Below the pieces are notes generated by a model. The model saw nothing but the letters and a program-made list of their open reading frames with translations, was not told the origin of the DNA and did not search any database. Shown here one piece after another: positions 16,004 to 23,032 of a DNA stretch of 24,801 nucleotides. The stretch is from contig JBBIJQ010000013.1 of NCBI GenBank assembly GCA_037445915.1, positions 18,062-42,862 on the forward strand, in the 5' to 3' direction. The stretch comes from Planctomycetales bacterium (GTDB lineage: Bacteria > 4484-113). Within the stretch, counting starts at the first letter, position 1; every line of letters begins with the position of its first letter. A program made the position numbers and the translations under genes.

Positions 16004-16036
16004 GAAGCCCCTCCTCCGGGCGGAGTGGGGACTTCA
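16004..16036 (+). other. Imperfect GC-rich hairpin resembling an IS200/IS605-family end
   Basis: In GAAGCCCCTCCTCC-GGGC-GGAGTGGGGACTTCA, GAAG/CTTC, CCCC/GGGG and CTCC/GGAG pair. A related half-motif AAACCCTCGCCCTTCAGG lies at about 16070-16087. No tnpA or tnpB is present in the window. Confidence 0.3.
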
Positions 16037-16106
16037 GGACATACTACGGATTTCCTGGCGGTTGGGGATAAACCCTCGCCCTTCAGGCAGATTCCAGTCT
16101 CCAGTG

Positions 16107-16127
16107 CTGGGCTAGTGAGCCCAGTTT
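16107..16127 (+). terminator. Possible intrinsic terminator
   Basis: CTGGGCT-AGTG-AGCCCAG forms a perfect 7-bp stem followed by TTT. No + strand gene lies immediately upstream. Confidence 0.35.
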
Positions 16128-16160
16128 ACCTGATAGAACTCATTACAAATAACGCCATCC

Positions 16161-16169
16161 TGCTACAAT
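16161..16169 (+). promoter_or_regulatory. Extended -10 element, probable leaderless start of the NFACT gene
   Basis: TGCTACAAT, then 6 nt, then ATG 16176. Confidence 0.55.
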
Positions 16170-16175
16170 ATGCGC

Positions 16176-17579
16176 ATGAGCTTGAGCATCAATGAGTTTC
16201 GGGCGCTTGCGAAGCGGATCCAGGCGAAGCTTGCTGGCGCGAAGCTGGCGCGCATTCTTGAGGTTGCGCCAGGGTGCATATCTATGTGCTTTGACGCGCA
16301 AGACCTTGAGCCTGTGCTGGTCATCGCGGCTAACCCAAGGTTCTCCAGCATCTTCACTAGCCCGCTTGAACCGCCGCTGCTTGACATAAAGCAATCACAG
16401 CAGGCGATCAACGTATCCTTCGCCAAGGCGATGGAATACACGCTGGGCAAGGCGAGGCTTGTGAGCGCAGAGATGCCGCGCAAAGACGACCGCATCCTTC
16501 GGCTAAAGTTTATGAGCGAGGACAAATACGGCGACACCAAGATGCGCGTACTGCAAGTTGAGCTTACCGGCAGAATTGCGCACATTTTCCTGCTAACGGA
16601 AACCGAGAATGTGATTTCGTCGCTGCGCCGGCTGCACCGGCCGGGCACGAAGGAATACAAGACGTCCCCGCGCCCCATCGCCGCTGGCAAGCCTTTGCCG
16701 CCCCCGCCCCCGCCTCCCGACAGGCCCGATAGCGAGGATGCGCAGCCGTTTGAGGTCGCTAACGCGCGCGAGAGGGCCGCATTCAGCGAGTTCCAGGCCG
16801 CGCTGTCGCACGAAATTCCGCGCGCTGCCAGCGACACTACCAAGCTCAAGCAGGAAGCAATTGAGCGCGAGCTTGCGCTGGCGCACGAGGCCGTCACGGC
16901 ACTGGACATGCTCGGGCATTTCATGCTTGCGCCCGCGGACATCCGCGCGATGCTCGTGAACGTAGGGTGCGCCAAGCTCGCGGATGCGCTTGGGGAGCGC
17001 GGATACCTTGACGAGCCGATTGACTTCAATCAGCTAATGGCATACTTGCAGCGGCTTTCGGGCAATGCGAAGAGACTAGCTGCGCTGGCGGATGAGACTG
17101 CGCACGCGCCTGCTAAAGCAAAGCGGCAGCAAGTCGCGCCGACTATGAAGGACAAGCAAGACGGCGTTTCCGCGAAACTACAGCTATTCCAGCAAAAAGT
17201 GAAGCGGCTGCGGACGCTGGGGGGCTTTGACCTCATCGTCACTTACAGCGCCGAAGGAAACTACGCGGCTCTCAAGGCGTTTCCTTCGCCGGAGAACCTG
17301 TGGTTCCACGCGCGCGACTATTCCGGTGGGTATGTAATCATGCTTACAGGCAAGCGCGCGCCCGACCCGCATGACATTGAGCAGGCCGCGGTTGTCGCGG
17401 CAGCGAACAGCAAGGGGCGCGAAGAGGCGACGATTGACGTCTGTTACACGATGCTCAAATACCTGCGAAAGCCCAAGGACGCGAAGGCCGGGACAATTTT
17501 GAAGACGCAGGAGACGGTCATTGCGGTGAGGCCGTCGGCGTTCGCCAAGCTTCGCTCGCAGCTTGCGGTGGAGCAGTAG
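16176..17579 (+). CDS. rqcH: NFACT-family ribosome quality-control factor (Rqc2/RqcH/FbpA-like), shortened
   Basis: NFACT-N motifs LAGAKLARI, KDDRILRLKF and QVELTGR; NFACT-R (DUF814) motifs YSAEGN, LWFHARDYSGGYVI, AAVVAAANSK and VCYTMLKYLRKPKDAKAG. Confidence 0.75.
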   Translation: MSLSINEFRALAKRIQAKLAGAKLARILEVAPGCISMCFDAQDLEPVLVIAANPRFSSIFTSPLEPPLLDIKQSQQAINVSFAKAMEYTLGKARLVSAEMPRKDDRILRLKFMSEDKYGDTKMRVLQVELTGRIAHIFLLTETENVISSLRRLHRPGTKEYKTSPRPIAAGKPLPPPPPPPDRPDSEDAQPFEVANARERAAFSEFQAALSHEIPRAASDTTKLKQEAIERELALAHEAVTALDMLGHFMLAPADIRAMLVNVGCAKLADALGERGYLDEPIDFNQLMAYLQRLSGNAKRLAALADETAHAPAKAKRQQVAPTMKDKQDGVSAKLQLFQQKVKRLRTLGGFDLIVTYSAEGNYAALKAFPSPENLWFHARDYSGGYVIMLTGKRAPDPHDIEQAAVVAAANSKGREEATIDVCYTMLKYLRKPKDAKAGTILKTQETVIAVRPSAFAKLRSQLAVEQ

Positions 17580-18710
17580 CTAGAAGCCGGTCAAGTGATA
17601 GAAGGTTACCGGCTCGCGCCGCCCCCGCAGCTCAACCTGCTCCTGCTTGCTCACGTCCATATTCTTTATCTTGCGGTAGATTAGCTTGTAAGTAGACTCG
17701 GCTATCGCGATGTTGTTGTTCTTCTCGTGGCTGCAGATGCGGGCCGCGACGTTCACTACGTCGCCGATGGCGGTGTAGTTCATCATCATGTTCTCAACGC
17801 CGATGTTGCCGAAGACGACTTTGCCGGAGTTCAGCCCGATGCCAAGGTAAAACTCCTCCTGATGGTTGCGGTAACGGTTGATGTTGTAGGTGCGCAGGAA
17901 GCGCATAATCTCAACCGACGCTTGAAGCGCATTGCCCGCGTTCTTTGAGGGGGCCGTTTCGCTGGAGAACACAGCCATCAGGCCGTCGCCGATGAACTTG
18001 TCCACATTGCCGTCGTTTCGCGTTACGACGCGCGTGACTTCTGTGAATATGTCGTTGAGGGTTCCCAGCACGGCTTCCGGCACGTGGACCTCGGCAAAGA
18101 ATGTGTAATGGCGCAGGTCCAGGAACAAGACAGTCACATCGCGCACGATACCCTTTTGGATGTCCTCCATTTCCCCGCGCAAAGTGCGCGCGACAAGCTC
18201 GGCGGGAAGAAAGTACCAGATTTTTTGCACATCCAAGAACTTCTGGTAGTAGAAGTCCAGCTCGTCAATGAGGTGGCGGAGCTGAAGGATATTTGTTGAG
18301 GAAAGGCGCTCTGTCGCAGTCTTGAATATGCGGAAGAATACAGTCTTGTGGCGGCGGATGAAGTTCTGGAAGTTATCCTCGTCAATGCTCAAGATTGTCA
18401 CGTCTTCGCGCGCTCGCACGGTCGCCGTCGCAGGGCAGTTCAGGACGCTGCCAATTTCGCCAAAGTAATCGCCCGGCCCAAGCGTGTTGATGCGCACCAT
18501 GCGGTTGCCGATTTGCTTAAACACATCCACCAGCCCGCGCTCCAAAAAAAACACGCGGCGCATGAACTTGCCTTCGTGGATTACATAGTCGCCGACGGCC
18601 GGGGCTTCCTCATTGATGTGCTTAAGCAACCCTGCGATGTCTTCGTTTGACACGTCGTCAAACAGGTCAAACTGCCTGATGCGCTTAATGTCGTGAAGCC
18701 TTGGCGTCAT
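17580..18710 (-). CDS. Cyclic-nucleotide-binding domain fused to a class III adenylate cyclase
   Basis: N-terminus: GDYVIHEG, LERGLVDV, GDYFGEIG..PATATVRA. C-terminus: VTVLFLDLRHYT, VDKFIGDGLMAVF, GIGLNSG, GNIG, NYTAIGDVVNVAARI, LRGR. Confidence 0.9.
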   Translation of the reverse strand: MTPRLHDIKRIRQFDLFDDVSNEDIAGLLKHINEEAPAVGDYVIHEGKFMRRVFFLERGLVDVFKQIGNRMVRINTLGPGDYFGEIGSVLNCPATATVRAREDVTILSIDEDNFQNFIRRHKTVFFRIFKTATERLSSTNILQLRHLIDELDFYYQKFLDVQKIWYFLPAELVARTLRGEMEDIQKGIVRDVTVLFLDLRHYTFFAEVHVPEAVLGTLNDIFTEVTRVVTRNDGNVDKFIGDGLMAVFSSETAPSKNAGNALQASVEIMRFLRTYNINRYRNHQEEFYLGIGLNSGKVVFGNIGVENMMMNYTAIGDVVNVAARICSHEKNNNIAIAESTYKLIYRKIKNMDVSKQEQVELRGRREPVTFYHLTGF

Positions 18711-19813
18711 GAATTTGCACCTGTGGTAGTGGATTTGCGCGTGCTTGCGCCCGCCGGTTCATCGGCAAGCAGCGCGGCTATCAGCTTCTTTTGCGCAGCC
18801 TGGCGGGAACGGAACTCATCCGAAAGCTTGCAGAAACGGGCGGCGTCATAAGCGGACAGCGCGCGCTCAAGCAGGTCGGAAGCAGTCGCTTCGTGCAGCG
18901 CGTCTCGGACGAAGGCGGGCATTCCCGCCTCTTTGCAAAAACTGTGAATCTTCGGGTCATCGCCGATGCCGACAAACGGAACACCCGCTATCAGCGCGGC
19001 TATCAACCCGTGGTACCGCTCGCTTATCACAAGCGTAGAGCCAGGCAGCCGCCTCGCGAAGTCCGATGCGCCAAGGACGTCAACGCGCTCGTGCGGGAAC
19101 GGCGTGCGCACGCGCACTTCGCGTATGTAGTGCATGTCTGCGGGCTGTAGGCCGACGAGATTAACCTCGTGCGTGCGCGGGACGCTGCCGATAGTGAACT
19201 CCATCGCTTTTTCGGCAACGCCTTCGCGCAAAACGAACACGAATACTTTGCGCTGCCGCACCTCGCCTTTCGGCGCGAAGTCCTGGTCGCAGGCGAAAGC
19301 GGCGTCGCTGGAGAGGAACAGCTTACCGCTGGGAACGCTGCTGCGAACCCACTCCATCGTATCGTTGTCGCGAGCCGTGAACAGCGCAGTCTTCGCAAGC
19401 GTGCGGCGAGTTGCCGACACCATCTTCTCGCCGGTTATCGGGCCGATACCTTGGTTGAGCAGCATAGCCGGGCGCGCGCCCGTGAAGCGGCCGATGACAG
19501 ACAGGTAGAACTGCAATGAGCGGTCGCTTGTAGCGTTCTGGAGAAGGCTGCCGCCGGGGCAAATCAAGCATCGGTATGAATTGAGCGCGGGAGAAATCGG
19601 GAGCAGCGGGGAAATGGGCACAAATGAAAGCTGGGGGTAAATGTCTTGCAGTTCCTGGCGGTACACCTTGTCGGGCTGCTGCTTCATCGTCACCGCGAGT
19701 ATCAGCCCGGCGGAGGAGAGGATGTCGCGGTTGGCGCGCAGGAAGCTACGGAGGATTAGCTCATCCCCCCAGTTCCTTGCCCCGAAGTACCCCAAGATTA
19801 GTGCGCGGGCCAT
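18707..19813 (-). CDS. csaB: Polysaccharide pyruvyl transferase, CsaB-like
   Basis: LILGYFGARNWGDELIL, GGSLLQNATSDRSLQFYL, NQGIGPI, TARD, ERYHGLI, DDPKI. It follows DUF5693, as in Firmicutes cell-wall loci. Confidence 0.8.
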   Translation of the reverse strand: MARALILGYFGARNWGDELILRSFLRANRDILSSAGLILAVTMKQQPDKVYRQELQDIYPQLSFVPISPLLPISPALNSYRCLICPGGSLLQNATSDRSLQFYLSVIGRFTGARPAMLLNQGIGPITGEKMVSATRRTLAKTALFTARDNDTMEWVRSSVPSGKLFLSSDAAFACDQDFAPKGEVRQRKVFVFVLREGVAEKAMEFTIGSVPRTHEVNLVGLQPADMHYIREVRVRTPFPHERVDVLGASDFARRLPGSTLVISERYHGLIAALIAGVPFVGIGDDPKIHSFCKEAGMPAFVRDALHEATASDLLERALSAYDAARFCKLSDEFRSRQAAQKKLIAALLADEPAGASTRKSTTTGANS

Positions 19814-19815
19814 AT

Positions 19816-21816
19816 TTAAACCGGTTTGGGTTTCCTTTTACCTACCATCAAGTATAGCTTAGCGGCAATCAAAGCGGTTATGTATGCCCCAACCGCAAGC
19901 GCGAGCGATATCGCCAACCCAAGCAGCGCTCTCTCTATGCTCACCGCAATCGGCGTGTGGAGATGGGAGAAAGTGTTGACGACGCTGCAAAGCGCCATTG
20001 TTCCCGCCGCCAAAAGCAGCAGCAGGCTGCGGTGGCCCCAGGGCAGCAGCGTGAAGAAGGCTATCAGCGAGAAGTTGCCGATTAGCTCGGTCGTGCGCGG
20101 GCGCACGCCGAAGAGCTGCTCCAGCGTCCCGCGCACAGCCGTCTCAGGCGTCGTAACGAGCATTCCGAAATCATTGCCCGCCCGCAGCATCGCCACGCCG
20201 ATTGCCGCAACGAGAATTACTATCAGCGCGAAATCAAGGTAACTCACGGGGTAGGCAAGGACACGGTTCACGCGCAAGTATAAGTTGCGCGACCAGTCCG
20301 TCCATGCCAGCGACGGCAGGTTGTAGAAATACGCGAGCGCGATAATGACTGGCAGGCTTCGCGAGAGCAAGACGCCCCGGAACAGTTCCATCTTCACGAA
20401 CGCAGGAAGGCTGGTGAGGAGGCTGTAAACCGTCAGCCCGCCCAGCAGGGCGAAGATGAAGCATATGCCAAAAGCGACTATTCCTCCGCTTAAGGGCAGC
20501 GTTTTCACTTTACCGCAAAGTGGGTGGTGTATGTAGTACTTGGCGGCGAAGCCCAGCCCGACCAGCGGGAACGCGATCGCGGCAGTGAGCGCAGCCAGCG
20601 CGCGAAGCTCTGGGATGGCCGCTGCAGGGACAAGGAATATCATCGCCGAAAGCCTAGTTACAGTGCTGCTAACGAAGCGCGCCATCCTGCCGCCAGGAAA
20701 ATATAGCTGGATAAACCACATCAGCGACAGGAACGCGAGCAGCATCACCCCCCAGCGAAGGCCTGAAAGAGTCACGCCTGTAGGATTCTCAAGTTCAAGG
20801 GCTAGCGTAAAGCCCTCAGCGTCAATGCCCCGCTTCAACTGGCTTAGGAAGCGCGTATTTCCCGCAAGCACGGCATTGAGGAGGCTGTCGGCAGGCGGGA
20901 GGAATGCGGACGAGGTAATTGGGTGCACGTAGAGCACGCGCGGGTTGCGCTCGCGCAGGGCGCGCAGATACCTGTCCACAATCGCCTGAGGGGAGAGCTT
21001 CGGTATCTCTTCGGCAGGGACGGAATGAACCCAGAATATGCGCTGCGGCGAAACTTTGTAGGCGAGCGCCTTATCGCCGTTTTGCTTGGAAAACTCTACC
21101 AGGCCGATGTCGTTCTTTAGCTCTTTTGCCGTTGCATCAAGCTCCAGCGGAAAGCCCGGAACCTGGCTGCCGGAGAATATCGTAAGCTTTGACGCAGCGG
21201 GGTCCTTGGGAATCCACGCGTATTTCTGCGCAATCGCCATTGCATCAAGCAGCCCATTGCCGTTAGGGCGGAAGACGTACTTGTGCTCCGCAGGTAGCGG
21301 GAACTCCGGCCGCATGTAGAAGCCCAGCGCAAGCGAATTTATTTGCTCGTAGGAGATTGGGGGGAGTTCAACCTCAAAGACATAAGTATTGCCGCCTTCA
21401 CCTAGGGCTACTTCATCAACTAACGCCCGGTAGCCACCCGCCAGTTGCCAGCTAAGGCTTGTTGACACCCTCTCTTCCAGTTCCTTCGCCCCTCTATCCT
21501 TATCAAACTCAAATAGGCGATTCTTCGGAATATGGAAGGTGACTATTCCGGCCGACATCTCAGGCATTCTAGAGAACTCAAATCCCAGCTGCGAGATTGT
21601 TGATACAGTCGCTTCGGGGACGCCGATGGCGCAGGGAGACGGGAGGGAGAGGGCAACGCCCTGCTTCGCAAGCTGCGAGTATGACACGGCGTCAAACACG
21701 AGTATCACTTTGCGGTTGGCGGCGTCCCAACCAGCTCGTTGAATGAGGATGCCGAACATTCCAACCAGCCCGAATGCGAGCATCACATAGATGAGGGTCT
21801 TCCCAGGTATCTTCAT
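19816..21816 (-). CDS. DUF5693-family polytopic membrane protein
   Basis: GLVEFSKQNG, VHSVPAEE, RYLRALRERNPR, FRGV, RAGN, LEQLFGVRPRTTE and VNTFSHLHTP, with many TM segments in the C-terminal half. Confidence 0.8.
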   Translation of the reverse strand: MKIPGKTLIYVMLAFGLVGMFGILIQRAGWDAANRKVILVFDAVSYSQLAKQGVALSLPSPCAIGVPEATVSTISQLGFEFSRMPEMSAGIVTFHIPKNRLFEFDKDRGAKELEERVSTSLSWQLAGGYRALVDEVALGEGGNTYVFEVELPPISYEQINSLALGFYMRPEFPLPAEHKYVFRPNGNGLLDAMAIAQKYAWIPKDPAASKLTIFSGSQVPGFPLELDATAKELKNDIGLVEFSKQNGDKALAYKVSPQRIFWVHSVPAEEIPKLSPQAIVDRYLRALRERNPRVLYVHPITSSAFLPPADSLLNAVLAGNTRFLSQLKRGIDAEGFTLALELENPTGVTLSGLRWGVMLLAFLSLMWFIQLYFPGGRMARFVSSTVTRLSAMIFLVPAAAIPELRALAALTAAIAFPLVGLGFAAKYYIHHPLCGKVKTLPLSGGIVAFGICFIFALLGGLTVYSLLTSLPAFVKMELFRGVLLSRSLPVIIALAYFYNLPSLAWTDWSRNLYLRVNRVLAYPVSYLDFALIVILVAAIGVAMLRAGNDFGMLVTTPETAVRGTLEQLFGVRPRTTELIGNFSLIAFFTLLPWGHRSLLLLLAAGTMALCSVVNTFSHLHTPIAVSIERALLGLAISLALAVGAYITALIAAKLYLMVGKRKPKPV

Positions 21817-22241
21817 TTGGACGGCTTCCCCTGCGCGGAGGGCAAGCCCCTAACCATGAGCTGGCCGTTCGCTGCTGGAGTTAGCTTGGCGTCTTTGCCC
21901 GGCCCAACAAGCAAATGGTGGCCGATGGGAAGCTCCATCAGCCCCAGGCGCTGCCCCTGCGTCAAGTCGAACAGCAGGCACTCGCCTAGGTTGGCATCTT
22001 TCAACGTGATGGATTCTATCTTTTCCGCAGACACCGCGACTATCTCGCTGCCTGGAGGGAATGACAGCGCCGCGCCTGCAGCTACTTGCTGCACGCGCCA
22101 TCCTAGCTGCGAATCCACATAGCTTTTCGTGACTAGCGGGTCTTCTTTGCCGCCGGGCGCAGGCGGCTTGGCGAGCGCAAGCCCAGTAAGCAACGCCATA
22201 AGCAGCAGGGCTGATACGAGAATTCGTGCAGTTGCGTTCAT
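21813..22241 (-). CDS. Small exported hypothetical protein (PGxxEDPLVTKSYVD family)
   Basis: Signal peptide ending ALA/K, motif PGGKEDPLVTKSYVD, then LFDLTQG...HHLLV. It has ATGA overlaps with both neighbours. Confidence 0.8.
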   Translation of the reverse strand: MNATARILVSALLLMALLTGLALAKPPAPGGKEDPLVTKSYVDSQLGWRVQQVAAGAALSFPPGSEIVAVSAEKIESITLKDANLGECLLFDLTQGQRLGLMELPIGHHLLVGPGKDAKLTPAANGQLMVRGLPSAQGKPSK

Positions 22242-23032
22242 TGTTTCACCTCTTTAGCTTGCGCATCTTCGCTCCCGCCTTCCAGTGACGTTACGCCGGT
22301 GGTCTGCGCAAAGACTTGCAGCTTTCCGCCAAGAACATAAAACTTGTCTATAGTAAGGTCGCCCTGGAAGTCGCCAATGCGAATCTTCGGAGCCATTTGA
22401 ATGAACACGCTCTCAATGAGCTGGCCGCCCAGCTTCAGGTCTTCAAGCTTGAACTCCAGCGCTTCAAACGCAATCTCGCGCTTTCCAGCAAGCTTGAAGA
22501 AGCCCTTCACGCTCAAGTCAATTTCCTTGCCCAATACATTTGCCACCGCTTCCACATCCGCGTAAGGAAGCTGGTCGCCGGTGCCTTCCTCAAGCTTCAT
22601 CGTGAGCTTCTTCACCCCTACCCGCTTCACGCGCGCCAGCCATGCGTCAGCCAGCGCTTCCGGCGCGATGGCGAAGGAAACTTTAGCATGCTCCACTTCG
22701 CGCAGGATGGGGTCGCGCCCTAAGGCAAGGTTGACCACGTTGAAACTCAGGTTTTCTGCGTCAAGCTTCAGCGATGCAATGCGCGTGTTGCTGATGGACG
22801 CTTCAGCGGATTCAATATGAAATGCTTTCACCTTGCCCGAAAGCGATTCCACGTAGCTGCCGGGCGTTATTGTCACAGTTGAACTCGGAGGCAGCATAAA
22901 CTTGCGGCGCACAGCGTCGGCAAGGTCGTTTTGCATCAAGTTCAGCAGCAGCAGGTATGCGCCAAATGCAATAACAGCGGCGAGCAGAACTAGAGTAGTC
23001 AGGCAGCCGACTACTCTGCGGATACAGCCCAC
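22238..23032 (-). CDS. DUF2993/LmeA-like membrane-anchored, putative phospholipid-binding protein
   Basis: N-terminal TM helix followed by a beta-rich body (ESLSGKVKAFHIESAEASISNTRIASLKLDAENLSFN). The GTG start abuts the upstream stop and is preceded by GGAGGT. Confidence 0.6.
   Translation of the reverse strand: MGCIRRVVGCLTTLVLLAAVIAFGAYLLLLNLMQNDLADAVRRKFMLPPSSTVTITPGSYVESLSGKVKAFHIESAEASISNTRIASLKLDAENLSFNVVNLALGRDPILREVEHAKVSFAIAPEALADAWLARVKRVGVKKLTMKLEEGTGDQLPYADVEAVANVLGKEIDLSVKGFFKLAGKREIAFEALEFKLEDLKLGGQLIESVFIQMAPKIRIGDFQGDLTIDKFYVLGGKLQVFAQTTGVTSLEGGSEDAQAKEVKQ

Noticed and set aside
15890-16195. Small ORFs 15890..16195 and 15924..16115 in the divergent spacer
   Set aside because: They show no recognisable motifs or ribosome-binding site, have low-complexity G/P-rich translations, and the longer one runs through the promoter of the NFACT gene.
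17580-18710. Pycsar-like (cCMP/cUMP) anti-phage cyclase
   Set aside because: The specificity residues are the ATP-type Lys/Thr, there is no separate TM or TIR effector gene, and the context is an envelope operon.
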